From the NCBI GenBank assembly GCA_002633005.1, contig NMRA01000360.1:189065-253064 (forward strand): a stretch of 64,000 nt of DNA, written 5' to 3'. Source of the stretch: Phoronis australis. Its lineage: Eukaryota > Animalia > Phoronida. Positions 1 through 14,200 of this stretch are shown in pieces; positions within the stretch are counted from its first letter, which is position 1, and every line of letters starts with the position of its first letter. The notes beneath the pieces were generated by a model. That model did not search any database. It was not told where the DNA came from and worked only from the letters and a program-made list of their open reading frames with translations. Position numbers and translations under genes: made by a program.

Positions 1-661
1 TCTTTTTTGTCACATACCGGTACATTATTTGGTCTTGGCTAGGAAGAACTGTGGATGATAGTGGCCATGTTAGAATGTCAGTGACTGATGATGTAACTAA
101 CTTAAACAAAAGTTAAATTTGATCATATTGCTATGTGCAGGTAAACCCATTTTCTCGGTCGACATCCATCCCGATGGTACAAGGTTTGCAACGGGTGGCC
201 AAGGTATGTCTGTAATGGTGGTTTGTTGATTTCCTATGAAAATACAGATCTTATCCTGTCTGCTTAATAATTTATTCATCTTACTTCGAAATATGTCCGT
301 TTTGGCTTTGACGCTTCAAATTAGCATATGGTGCAATAGAACCAGCACATACATTTTAAGTGACTGCCCTTACTAGTGACTCCATCTAGTGGTCAACCAT
401 AGAAGCGGCCAATGTCTCACCTTATTGCTAGCAGCAAACTGTCAATTCCAACTGAATGAGTTCAGTCTTCAGGACACTGTCTAATGATAGTTCAACAATC
501 TTTTATGGAACATCTCTGTAATTTCTTACAAAAATAATAACCAAACATAGCAGGTACCAGCATATGTTAATGAAAACAACAACAGATGTTAACAACAAAG
601 GAGCTTAAAATTCGTGAGGCTCTACACATCAGTTGGTGCAAGCCCAATCTCAATAGGCAAC
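1..661 (+). repeat. Duplicated block, copy of 2107-2780 (probable uncollapsed haplotype)
   Basis: Near-identical to 2107-2780 with scattered SNPs and one indel; ends exactly at the single n at 662. Confidence 0.9.
141..203 (+). CDS. HIRA: Second identical copy of HIRA coding exon 2 (GKPIFSVDIHPDGTRFATGGQG), inside a duplicated block
   Basis: tgcag|GTAAACCC...GGCCAAG|gtatgt, identical to 2247-2309. The block ends at the single n at 662. Confidence 0.85.
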
Positions 662-662
662 N

Positions 663-880
663 CTTTGGAACGTCAAGAATCGAGAATTATGTCAAGGAAA
701 CGACCCACAATTTAAGTCGCACTTTCGGATGAGTCGGTCAACTTTTGAGGTTAGTTTTCGTGTTGCAGAACCATAATGGGTTTATCTGTTGCAGACGTGA
801 AGCCTTCGCAGGATGCCATCTTGGAAATTTAACCGAACATGCTCTCGAGGTTGTTCGCGAGCGCTAACGTAAACACAGCT
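663..880 (+). mobile_element. PIF/Harbinger-like transposon remnant
   Basis: 708-749 reads QFKSHFRMSRSTFE|gttagt, the FxxHFRMxxxTF motif near the N-terminus of Harbinger transposases. The segment ends in ...AACGTAAACACAGC (reverse complement GCTGTGTTTACGTT), resembling a Harbinger-type TIR. Confidence 0.55.
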
Positions 881-1099
881 GTTCAGGACGAGGGTGCTCA
901 AATCGCTTTCGGGCGCTCACTCTATTGAACATGCTTCTGGCTTTACTGGCTGACAATCGAGCATTGCACTAAAATGTCTCCTACTTCTCTAAGCTCATTC
1001 TTACTAGTGAGTGAATGAATAAAAGGGAATGAATGAGAACCACTTCGGAATACTCGACTTCGAGAGTGAAGTGTATAAGAAAAGAAAGAAGAATGAGTC

Positions 1100-1651
1100 T
1101 TAGGAATGTGGTGAATCTGCAGTGACAGTACTTTTAGTAGTAATATGTGAAGCCCTCTTTCTCTTTGGACGACTGGTTAGGATGCCTGGCATTGAAGCAA
1201 GAGGTACCAAGTTCAGAACTTGGATTTGGTGATTTTTTACTGCATTGGTGCCCAACAATGGTACGTATTCTGAGTTTGATAATGCCATGATGGCTGACGA
1301 CCATTGTATAGTGCCATAATGGCTGAGGAGGAGATGGGCTGATCTGATGTTGAGTTCCAGACGGCATGACGCCCCAATCATTGAATGGAGCAGACTGTGG
1401 TGGCCTCTCTTAATAAGTCGCCTGTGGGCAGAAGGTCTTTGGTCAACTGTTAGGATGCCTGGTATTGAAACAAGAGGTTGGGGGTTGAAACTTGGACTAG
1501 GTAGTAGGCATCCCTGGCCAGCCAAATGACCAAACTGGCGACATTGAGAGCACTTCTTGGCGCTACTGCCTTGCCTTGTATGGGACCCACTTGATGAAGG
1601 TGTAGAGATGAGTGTGCTACCACAGTCAACAAAGCTACCCAGATTTTCCAT
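1100..1651 (-). other. Degenerate ORF with a zinc-knuckle-like motif (probable transposon remnant) in HIRA intron 1
   Basis: CSQCRQFGHLAGQGC (CX2CX4HX5C); the rest is low-complexity and not recognisable. Confidence 0.35.
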
Positions 1652-2246
1652 TCGCAGTAACTACAGGCAAGATATGCTACATTTTCTCAACATTACTGAA
1701 GCACATCTAAATAAAGTTCCCACGTGTTTGAAACCAGGCATGAATGAATATTGTTAAGGTGATACAACCTCAGCACACTCTTAGGGAACTAAAGGTTGAG
1801 TAATACTTCCACCTGATAGCCAGTGAATACAGCGTACAAAGAACCCCGCCTTGGAAGAACCTTTTACAGCTTCCGTGGTGAAAGACTCTATTCAGGATCT
1901 TCAGTGCTTGCTGAAAAGAAGGCAGAGCTGGAGCATCCACTCATTGTTCCTTGACAGTGTACCAAGATGTGGTCAAAATGTTCCCTCTTTTTTTTCAAAA
2001 TCTTCCTTTGTGGCTCCAGCAACATTCCACGATTATGTGACTTAGTGTACATGGCCAGTGTAATTTTTAACAATGGTCCTGTGACTCCTGTCGCATGGCA
2101 GGTCCTTCTTTTTTGTCACATACCGGTACATTATTTGGTCTTGGCTAGGAAGAACTGTGGATGATTGTGCCATGTTAGAATGTCAGTGACTGATAATGTA
2201 ACTAACTTAAACAAAAGTTAAATTTGATCATGTTTGCTATGTGCAG

Positions 2247-5200
2247 GTAAACCCATTTTCTCGGTCGACATCCATCCCGATGGTACAAGGTTTGCAACGG
2301 GTGGCCAAGGTATGTCTGTAATGGTGGTTTGTTGATTTCCTACGAAAATACAGATCTTATCCTGTCTGCTTAATAATTTATTCATCTTACTTCGAAATAT
2401 GTCCGTTTTGGCTTTGACGCTTCAAATTAGCATATGGTGCAATAGAACCAGCACATACATTTTAAGTGACTGCCCTTACTAGTGACTCCATCTAGTGGTC
2501 AACCATAGAAGCGGCCAATGTCTCACCTTATTGCTAGCAGCAAACTGTCAATTCCAACTGAATGAGTTCAGTCTTCAGGACACTGTCTAATGATAGTTCA
2601 GCAATGTTTTATGGAACATCTCTGTACTTTCTTACAAACCAAAATTGTCATTTTTCATTTCCATGATAGCAAGTACCAGCATATGTTAACGAAAACAACA
2701 ACAGATGTTAACAACAAAGGAGCTTAAAATTCGTGAGGCTCTACACATCAGTTGGTGCAAGCCCAATCTGAATAGGCAACTGGCACACCACAGGTTGTCA
2801 TTTTTTGCCTAATTCATTGTCACTCCCTGTAACTGACTGTGTCTGTGTTTCCTTACTTGTTGTTGGGCCTAGCAAGGTGGCCACTGTGTTTTTTTTTCTT
2901 CTGATAATGGTGTTTCAGTATTAACGACACCGAAACATGTCAAGCTGATTTAAATCCGTTGTTGTTTTCATTATCATTTTTCATTATTTTAAATAATTGT
3001 GGGCATTCATAACTTGGTTGTCAAAATATCTAACAGAATATTATACAGAAGTTTAACGTGGGAAAACATTAATCTGGTGCTATTTTTCTTTGGTGGAAAA
3101 AATGGGAAAATGAAATTTTACTTGTATTCAACATTTTGTTCTAAAGTGGAGAGATTTTACCTTAGATAGTAGAACAGATGGAACATAAAACTGCCTAATG
3201 GGTAGTATGTGTGTAAAAGTTACATGTCATTTCCGACTAGTATGTGCGTAAAAGTTACATGTCATTTCCAACTAGTATGTGTGTAAAAGTTACATGTCAT
3301 TTCCAACTAGTATGTGTGTAAAAGTTACATGTCATTTCCAACTAGTATGTGTGTAAAAGTTACATGTCATTTCCAAATAAAATCGCATGTATATAAAGAC
3401 AAAGTAACTTTTTTTTCTGAAGTTCTGTTCACGTGATTCGTGGCACTCTGTCTACCTGTCCCTGACTGCTTGTCTTGCTCTGTCTGTTTAGGCGACGACT
3501 CTGGCAAGATAGTCATCTGGAACGTTGCGCCTGTTAAAGATGTTGTGGCTGAACAAAATGAGAGCATACCTAAGGTCTTGTGTCAAATGGACAACCATAT
3601 GGGTATGTGTGTGTTGGCTACTTTGAACTTAGTGCTGTAAAACTTATATCAAATGGACAACCACATGAGTACATAGCTGTTGGCTACTTTGAACTTAATG
3701 CTGTAAAACTTGTGTCAAATGGACAACCAAGGGCTACTTTGAACTTAGTGCTGTAAAACTATTCAGCAGTCAAGAATGTCAAGTAACCTAAAAAGGTCCG
3801 GGGCAGTCTGTTTAGTTGGATACATTATGGATAGATTGGCTTGTACTGCCAAGGGACACAAATACACCATTTTTATTACGTTGCCAAGCATATTACTGTA
3901 AAATTCTCTAATTTGGAGATTCTCTAGAATTTGGGACATGGAAACTCCCGGAAAATTGAATTATCTTGGTTCGGGAATTTGAGACACGGGCGATTTTGGC
4001 ATCCACCATATTTCTCAAATTTCGGACAGTGTCATTTCAATGTACAGAGTGTTTAAATTTGCTGTGTTTCCCACAATTCTTGAATTTGAGACGTCCAATA
4101 TTGCCTGTTTCTAGAATTTGGGACAAGCTCTGACCTTGACCTATATGATTAACTTTTCACTGTCCCAATTTGGAGAATTTTTACAGTTTGCGTAAGTGCA
4201 CCACTCATTTTACTACCGGTATGTGGCTAGTCGGAATGGCTTGTGCAGCGGACGTTTGAGTTGGGAGTCCCACAGTTTTTGCATTTTTGTTCAACCCTAT
4301 TCATTTATAAGCTTTTTGTTATACACTTAAATCTATCTCACGAATTCTGTTACAAACTGAACAACACATTGAGCTAGTGACAAAGTTATGGCTTACTGTT
4401 TATGACTATTTTTCCACACTGCACCTTATGAAATTAAAACCAGTTCCCCTAAACTGACCATCAAGATGTCCTTGGAAATGAGCACAAAGCTTTAGAATGC
4501 ATCAAGTTGACATATTTTGTATAGTAGGCCCTATTGGGTGGTGTGTCGGGATAATATTTGCCTGTAATTTGCCCGCATTTTGAGAACGAGTTTTTTCTAG
4601 TTCTACTGAATAACGGGTTTCAAACTGGTTCTCAAAATGTGGGCACGTTATATCTGACTATTGTCCTGTCTCTGATTAAAGCAAAACTGCTTTTATCTAC
4701 CGCACGTGACCATATTTCCTGGAGCAGGATGGAATTTGAGTTGTCATTGGCAGTTGTGGATTTTGTAAATAACTGATATACATCCAAACATCTGAATTGT
4801 CCATTGGGTGCCATGATATGTGTAAAAACTCTTACATATTGTGCTTATTAGGGCATATCTGCTGAAAATTGTGGAATATGAGACGCTTTAAAAGATATTC
4901 ACCTTCACATTCTTGCTCTCTCGACAGCGCCATAAAATACAGGCATGCGGTCTCGTACAATTTACTGTTGATATTTCTTTGTCTCCAGCCTGTGTGAACT
5001 GTGTGAGGTGGGCCCACCATGGTCGTTACTTGGCCTCCTGTGGAGATGACAAGCTCATCATGATCTGGCAGTGCAGCAGGTGAGTGACATCGTTTGTATG
5101 ATGTGTTGCGCCTGAACTCACACCCTGATCAGTTGTGTCAGGTGGCACGCAACAGTTTTCACTTGTTGGTCGGTTTGTATTTTTTATCATTATGTATTTA

Positions 5201-8200
5201 GTGTGTATGTGCACAACAGTCTGCCAATCTGGATGTGTGTGTGTTTACGCTTATGTGCTATAATAATTGTTAGTATGCTACATTTATGCGGTTCTCTGTG
5301 ATTACTCAAATTGTTAGTATGCTACATTTATGCGGTTCTCTGTGATTACTCAAATTGTTAGTATGCTACATTTATGTGGTTCTCTGTGATTACTCAAATT
5401 GTTAGTATGCTACATTTATGTGGTTCTCTGTGATTACTCAAATTGTTAGTATGCTACATTTATGTGGTTCTCTGTGATTACTCAAATTGTTAGTATGCTA
5501 CATTTATGTGGTTCTCTGTGATTACTCAAATTATGCACCTGACATTTTGATCAGTACGACTGATTTCTCGTAGTGGTGATTTCCATTTTAATACTCAATT
5601 GTGTTGTTATTTAGGTTATGCATTGGACATTTCAATGTGTGTCTATGAGTCGTCTTTTCTGCATCTCAAAATATAATTAGTAATGTGCGACAAAATTTCT
5701 TGGAAACTTATTTGTGTCAAACTTTCGTTCCCCAGGAGCGGCGGTGTTTCCTCCACATTTGGCAGTAACGTGGTCAACCTGGAACACTGGCGCTGTGCAA
5801 GTACCCTGCGCGGCCACTCGGGAGGTATGTATATATCTGTGTGCTTGGACACACCGTTGTAATGTTGTCTTGTTCCTCTTACCGTCAAGTTCCAATTTCG
5901 ACACAAGCTTTTTTGTATGCAAGGCGTATTGATACTGCTAGCTCAGAATTTTAACACGGTGGCTCAGTTCTTGAGCATATTGGCTTAAAATGTGAGCATG
6001 ATGATTCGCAAGTTGAGCAAGATGAAACTCCTTGTGAGACCTCATACTCTTGTTACTTGGTATACGCAACTCCGTGTTTTCTGAATCCGTTGTCTAAAGA
6101 CGCTCATTTTCCGTTTCCGAAAAACCGAGAAATACATCAAGTTAGTAAGCATCTAGTTTTGTTTTTTTCCATTTTGTTAAGTAGCAAATTCCAGTTTACT
6201 GTAATTTCAAGGTTTTCTTTTTTTATAATTACCATTTTATTTCTAAATACAACAATGAGGTATATGCAAATGAAACACAGACACATATGCGCACACACAC
6301 TCACGCACATATCTAAATAATACAAAAGCAGTTTTACGGAGTTGTATTTTTCTTACTTTACAATAATTATTCAAGAAACATTGAAATTTTGAATATCTAG
6401 GAATAATTCGGTCTCTAGAGCATTTATGAATGAAATACTGACAAATAGTTAATATAGTACTGACATCTTCAAAATTACATCCAAATTATGCTGTCAAAGT
6501 AACTTTTTTATTTAAGATTAAATCTTGTTGTGCAGTTACGTAAATTAAAAGTTTCTGAATTTCACACCACAAAAAAGTTTTCACAGAACCACATTCCATA
6601 AACATATGGTTAAAAGTTTCAACAGTTCCACAAGATGCATACTTGTCATCAGTTACTAAATTCATCTTTTTCAAACTAGGTTTTGTAAACACTTTTCTAT
6701 GAATATAGAAATATTTAAAGGTTTTGACATAAGGAGGTAACAAAAGTTTGTGTGGAAGTACATATTATAAATTTGTTTAATTCCTTGTCTAGAATAAATA
6801 TCAGTTAAGCTGTATTCTATATCAGGAGGCGAAATAATTTCAAGGTGATGAATAACATAAATCGGAACAGCGTCATATTCAGAAAGGATGAATAACTACT
6901 TGAACATGCCCACTGCAAAACGATTGTCAATCATCTTGTGACAAGAATCCTGGTTTTTGATGGATTCTTAATTTTTAGTGATTAAAAACCAAAATGTTAG
7001 AGTTATGGAATCCTCTATTGAAATACGTGAATTCTGTTCGAAAGCGCTGATTGCATTGAGGAAGTCAGATTCCGCGAATTCTGTCCGTAATCCATTACCA
7101 TGATAAATCCGGCTTTCTAACTGCCAAGTTTCTCTCCAGATGTCCTTGACCTTGCCTGGTCACCACATGATGCCTGGCTAGCGTCTTGCAGTATCGACAA
7201 CTCAGTAGTCATATGGAACGCGCACAAGTTTCCTGAGCAGGTGGCTGTGCTCACCGGTCACACTAGCCTGGTGAAGGGTGTGGCCTGGGACCCCGTGGGC
7301 AAGTACCTCGCCTCGCAGGTAAGTCATGTTGGTGGTACTGAAAGGCTTGTAATCAGCAGGTTTTGTAGTGTTGCTTGGATGTTCTCAAAATTTGTTTTGT
7401 GTCACTGCGTATCTCCTGTTATTTTGCATCCGTAGAAGTCCTGGAAATGTCATTTGAAAACTATACAAATCTTAGAAATTGCTATGTAGCTTGTATGGTA
7501 TGAACTCCCTCGTCTGCATTATAATGTAAAGGTGGTGTGGGTCTTAATCAACAAGCATGTGCTTTCTGCCACATATCTACAAAAGTAAATATTTTCTGAA
7601 GTAGAAAGCCTCAGAATTTGGTTCTTTGACCTTTTGACCTTGAACTAATCTTCCATTAATTGGGACACTTAGACATGCCTTTTTAGTAAAATCTAACAAG
7701 AAAGAAAGTTACATTCGTGGAAAAACAAGGTCATCAACAGTATGACCTAACCTTGTTAACTTTCATGGTGAAATCTCAGAAACGCTCTATACAATTTTCT
7801 AAGTTATTATTTCATTTTTGTATTAAACAACTTTTTTGTAACGTTTTTTCATAAAAGTCAGAGAAGTCCCAATTTTTTATAGCCCCTCATGCAAACTTGG
7901 AATTTTTTAATTTCTAACAGCATTTTGTTGAACAGTGCATAAAGCATTGCATATGAAAGTTAAGTAAGAATCCAATTTCCAAGATATGTTGTTCCGAAAT
8001 TTTTGAGTTTGCGCCCGTTTCATGCTTTTCAATGTGCGTTTTAATGTTTTAATGTGGAGCAGCGGTGACACTTGTTGTCAAAATATAAATCACACAACAT
8101 CTGTGCATTTTTCTTGTGTTGGTAACTGCAGTTCTGATGATTCATTGTACAGAATATAAATGCTAGTTAAGAAGATATGATAAACTTTATAACAGCAATT

Positions 8201-11200
8201 TGACTTGAGATCTCCGAAAACAGTGCACTCATTATTCAACCAAAGTCTAATATTTGTTTGGTAAGCTACTTGGCTGTTTTTGTAAAAGTTTTGGTCCAAG
8301 CTCTGTTTTTAGTAAATCTCCCTACAGGGGAGCTGTTTTTGTATAAACATAGTGATGTTAAATCCTTGGTCTACTCATTTTTTGTAAAACCTCACGTTGT
8401 TTGGGGGATTACTGGTAGTGGGGGGTGGGGCCTGTAGGGGTAACGCACCGCTTCAATCGTGGACATCCTGGACATTTTGGACACCCTATTTTTGAAATCC
8501 TGGATGAAGCCCTGGGTGTGACTGTGTACATACTGTGGTTATTGATAATATTCCAGTCGGATGACAAGAGTCTCAGGATTTGGAGGACTCTTGACTGGCA
8601 GCAAGATGCTTGTATCACTGAACCCTTTGAAGAGGTATTTGTTTTCTTTTCTTCTATTGTATTCAGTCTGCCAGATAATGTAAAATCTTGTTTTAATTAA
8701 TTTTGATCAATATTCATTTAAATTGTTTTACTGAAAATTTTCTCCTAGTCTGTAGTTATTGAATGGTGTTGAAAATTATGGATTCAGTTGAGGCTTTGAA
8801 AGCTCCGTCTTTTTGACAAGTTCTCTGCCAAAATAAGAAAAGTTTTCCAGAATAATTATTTTGAATTTTTGAAGGTGCAAGAAACTTAGCAATCTGACAA
8901 CAGTTTGAAGAGAACCGTATAACTGATACACCGATTGGTTTTTGGAAAACAACTCAATTCTCCATAACACCTAATGTGTTTCAGTGCGGCGGAACGACTC
9001 ATGTGCTGCGACTGAACTGGTCACCGGACGGCCATTATCTGGTGTCTGCACACGCCATGAACAACTCTGGACCCACGGCGCAGATTATCACACGGCAGGG
9101 CTGGCGAACAGACATGGACTTTGTGGGTCACAGGAAGGCCATCACTTGCGTGGTAAGGACTTTGATCACAGAGCATGTGGTGAATGGGGGAGGGCTGTGT
9201 GGTGAATGGGGGAGTGTCTATGTGGGGATTGGGGGAGGAGCTATGTGGTGAATGGGGGAGGGGCTATGTGGTGAATTGGAGAGGAGCTATGTGGTCAATT
9301 GGTGAGGAGCTATGTGGTCAATTGGTGAGGAGCTATGTCGTGAATGAGGGAGGAGCTATGTGGTTAGTGAGGGAGGAACTACATAGTGAATTGGGTTGGA
9401 TCTATGCGTTGAATGGGGGACTATGGGGGAGGTGCTACGTGGTGAATGGGGGAGGAGCTATATCATTAATGAACACTGCCTATTAGTGTTATTTTTTCGT
9501 TTCAACACGTTTTCTGCTAGATACCTTGTTCTTAATCTCGTAAAGTATCTCTTTGAGCATTATGTATTTGACCCACTTTGGTGTATGGCGTTACCCAGGC
9601 ATATCGTGTTACGTAGTTCCCGTTCACTGTTATTTACTTATTGGGTACGTTGTGCTGGACTACTGTCATCGACCAATTAGGTTTGGCAATTGTCCCAACT
9701 ATTTAAATGTCTTTTCTGTGTAACAGTGTGCTATCCTATAGAATTTTGTTAGCGGTACAAAACTACAGGTTAGGGTTTCAGAGACATATGCTGTAACTGT
9801 TAAACAAATAACAAATAAATAAAATTGAGAAATTAAAGAGTTTGAATTATAGAAGTACAATACTCAGTACTCTTTGAAATATATAAAAAATTATTGCACA
9901 TTCTACCAGACGTGTGCAGGCCGCGTGTGTTGGCCCATTGCACTGAACACCTTAAACCACTTATGTGTTCGATTGATATATAATTAAAAACCGAGCTGAG
10001 GAGCTAGAAACCTGACTCAAGGGTTTAGCAGTGTGGCCCAGTGGGAGTAGAACCCACAACGTCGAGTAAAGAAAGCGAGCACCTATCACATTAGACCACA
10101 CTGCTTCCTCAATTCTCTTTGAAGGTACATTTGATGATTGCTTGCAAAACTAGAGCTGTGCTGCGTTATAGTGGACTAGAACGTAACATGCCAAAATAAT
10201 CGGAGGAAGTAGTTTGGAATTTCCCATCACGATGACTGAGCATAGGTAAAATTCCGTCGTAAGGTTCACATGCAAACGAAATTCACTCGATATTCGACAC
10301 CATGATATCCCTGCCAACTGAGCAGAAGAGAAATATCTTAGGATTGTACCCTCACGCTATCCTCGCTAACTGAACATACGGAACAATAGCAACTCAAGAG
10401 TTAATGCCCACGCTGTCCCTGCTATATGAACATACAGAACAATAGTAACTCGAGATTTAATGCCCACTCTGTCCCTGCCATACTAACATACAGAACAATA
10501 GCAACTCAAGATTTAATGCCCACACTGTTCCTGCTATATGAACATACAGAACAATAGCAACTCGAGATTTAATGCCCACGCTATCCCCGCCAACTAATCA
10601 CACGAAAAACTAACTCGACATTCGAAACCTCGCTGTCCAAGACAGGAATTGGGGTGGTGATAAGACAGATTCAGTCATGTACTTGTTCTCTCCAAGTTCA
10701 TTGAAAGCCTGGATTATGTTTTTGCAAAATGTTAAAATAGTCACTGAATGAGAATTGGGCTTAGTTTCCAATTCATAATGAGATATAGTAGGTAGGAGCT
10801 TGCTATGATGTATTATAAAGAAATTAAATGAATGCTACATTACGTTTGGTTCTTATCTAATACTTAGCACTTGGCCTTTTGTGAATTTTGCAAGACTTGT
10901 GTTCTGACTTGATAGCATAATTAGACATAGTATCAATAACAGTTTAGGTGTCTACAGTTGATAATTCATCTCATTGATGCATTTGAATACATAAATATGG
11001 GTGTTGAAGTCATTGAGTTGTCGCACGAGATTGGCACAGTCAGATACATGTTTGCCCTGCTGTAAATGTAGTGGAAGTCTACAGTGTCGGTTTTTTTATA
11101 AGTGTATTTGTAGAAACAGAAATTAACAATGGAATACAGTAGCAAAGAAAACAAACAAAAACACATTCACTCTCACATTCACACATTCCAGCTCTGCTTG

Positions 11201-14200
11201 AATTTATACTGAATGTATAAGGGTTTCAAAAAATCCCAGCAAGTTGGGGGTGATTCTCTAGGTTTCATACTTTTCCATGTCTTGACAGTGTCAAATATAA
11301 TTGGGTGAAATCTCTGAAGTACAGGAATGCATGAAGTAAATACACTAGTATATATGAAGTACTGAGCCAAAGTTAATATGTGATTAATTTCATAGCAATG
11401 ATCTTCAAAGTATGCAAATAGCAGGACACGCTTTTCAGCCTACTGGTTAGCTCCAACAACATGTTATATGTTGTTATTGTGCTTTGTGCTGGTGTGGTTT
11501 GATAGCATAACTATCAACTGTTCTTTGAACGCTTCTGCTTGATGGTGCATAACTTTAAACAGAATTTTATTTTGCAAATTTGTTCCGTTTGGGTTCTCCA
11601 TTTCACCCAATTGACCTATTGCCATGATTTTGAGTGACTGCTTAAGAACGCAGCATTCTTGACACGCCTTCGTTTCCAAGCCGCCATTTTACCCAGCAAA
11701 CAACATGATGTCGTGTAAAATTTATTGTTTGTCAACTTCTCGCAATTGGGCGGAGCTTGCAATAGGTCAATTTGAACCCTGCAAGTGGTTTCCTGTATCT
11801 GTAATCTCATTAAATTCTTGTAAACAATGTTGCAGGTGATATTGACTTTGAAATTCTCATGTTTCTATTTCCAGAGATTTAATCCAAGAATTTTTTCTAA
11901 GGAAGTGAAGAAAGGCTCTGGCAAAGTATGTTGTTCTCCTGTTTCGCATTTCTTTTTTCTGTCTGCAAATCTGTTGTTCGGTTTTAGTTTGATCGAAATC
12001 CTGAACCTTAGTATTGCGAACTTTGTTCATGGAGTTGCGTAAATTCTGGTGTGCTGAAGTTGCTTAAGTATAGAGAAGCACGGTACTTGTTAACTGTCCA
12101 AGAGAAATTAGGGGAAATAGGCCAAATTAGCTCTAACAATGTGTGCTAATTTGGCCTAATTGTTCAAAAGAAATTGCCATAATTACCTGGGATTTCCTGG
12201 TGTAATTTGCTTAATAATTTCTCATTGTAGGCTAAAAATGCTTTGCTACGCACTCAGTCTTCATAATGATTTTGCTTACTAAGTTAAATGATGTTTGCAG
12301 TCATGAGTGCATTCATTGCAAACGGCTTTGATTTTTAAGTCATGAGCATAGATGAAGTGAAGTTGCATTGCCTGATCTTGCAATATATTGAAACTGGCGA
12401 CAAACCTGTCTTCCATCACAAAAAACAAATTTTGATTCTCAGACAATTTGCCATCATGAAATTGGTCTTAAAATGTTCTCTGTCAAATTGGTCTTAAAAT
12501 GTTCTCTGTCAAGTTGGTCTTAAAATGTTCTCTGTCAAGTTGGTCTTAAAATGTTCTCTGTCAAATTTGGAGATGATGTCAGGGGCTCGAGAGAACTAGC
12601 AGTTTTGTGTTATTGGTTGAGATCAGAGTCTGCAAGTTGGCCCATCTGGCGGTGTCATTTTGTGTTATTGGTTGAGATCAGAGTGTGCAAGTTGTCCCAT
12701 CTGGCCGTGTCATTTTGTGTTATTGGTTGAGATCAGAGTGTGCAAGTTGGCCTGTCTGGCGGTGTAATGTTGTGTTATTGGTTGAGATCAGAGTNTGTGT
12801 TATTGGTTGAGATCAGAGTCTGCAAGTTGGCCTGTCTGGCGGTTTAATGTTGTGTTATTGGTTGAGATCAGAGTCTGCAAGATGGCCCGTATGGCGGTGT
12901 CATTTTGCACACCATGCACGGTCTCAAGGAATAACAAAATGCAAGTTCTTTACAAGCCCAGACATCCCATCTCAACTCAGTAAGGAACAAGCTGAGACCA
13001 GTTTGGTAGTGGCAAGTCGACTAAATCAAAAGTTCACTTCTTGGACGCGAGTTTGTAGTTGCATTTAAAGCCTAACTTCAACAGAATTTTGTTATTTTAG
13101 ATGTATCTGGCTAACCAGATAGTCCTAGCTAAGTCATAGTAAAATAAGAAAACGTGAGTTCAATGGCGCAAATGTAAGGCCGTCAAATGATAAGTGAAGC
13201 TGCCTTTTCGTGCCATGTTGTGTCACCGGGGGATCCCAGCATAAACAACAAAAGGCTGATAAAAGTTGTATTGAAGAGGGGTCTGTATTGAACACAATTG
13301 CGTGCGGATGTTATTCGCAGCTGTTTGAATTTTTAAGGTGATTCTCGCGGTTTCTTGGTTCTGAAGCTTTTAACCATGTCTGACATTGAAGTTAAAACTT
13401 CTCTTTGGATATTTACACCGTAATTCTTTTTATGCATCCATATATTTATATATGGTCGCATGTTGCCGTCATCTCTGTCCAGGTGTCCGGCGTCTGCAGC
13501 TGTATCTCCTAAACCCCTCACAGGATCTTGATGAGATTTGGCAGATGCGTTCCTATCAAGCTGACCACGGATGACGACAAATTTCGGACCTATCCGACAA
13601 CCGGTGTGCCCCCTAGTGGCAATTTAAGTTTTTTACGCTTAGCTCTGTATCTTCGGAGGTCCTCAATGTATTTTCACAAAATTTGGAGTATAAGCATCTA
13701 TTAGTGGGATGACACTATCCGCTCGTTTCCGGATGGATTCGCCACCAAGTGGCCATTTTTCTGTTTTCCGAGTCTGATTTTTGCCGTCCGCCCCTCTATT
13801 AACCAAACTGCTCTAAGGATGATTGTGAAAATTGGCATGTATGTTCTTACTATGAAAAGGATGGCTGACGATGATTTTCCGATGACTTCGACTTCTGTGG
13901 TGCCTCCTAGTGGAATTTTTGCATTTTTTGCGCCCATGGCTGTATCTCCTATACCATTTGCAGGAACTTTACTAAATTTAGTTAGTGTATTTATATGATG
14001 TTGACAACGAACGACTATGACTTTCGCAGGAATCAGACTAGCGGTGTGCCCCCTAGCGGCAATTTTAGTTTTTACGTTTACCTAGTATGAATCTTCAAAG
14101 GTCCTCAACGTATTTTCATAAAATATGGGATATTGGCATCTATTACTGAGATGACGCTATCTTACCATTTTTTAATGGATTCGAGGTATTTTGTGCCACC

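Noticed and set aside
663-2246. HIRA exon 1 between the two exon-2 copies
   Set aside because: No MKLLKP-like start exon with a phase-1 donor was seen; exon 1 is presumed to lie upstream of the window.
3203-5532. 35-bp and 44-bp direct repeats as CRISPR arrays
   Set aside because: Units are head-to-tail with no unique spacers, lie in eukaryotic introns, and there are no cas genes.
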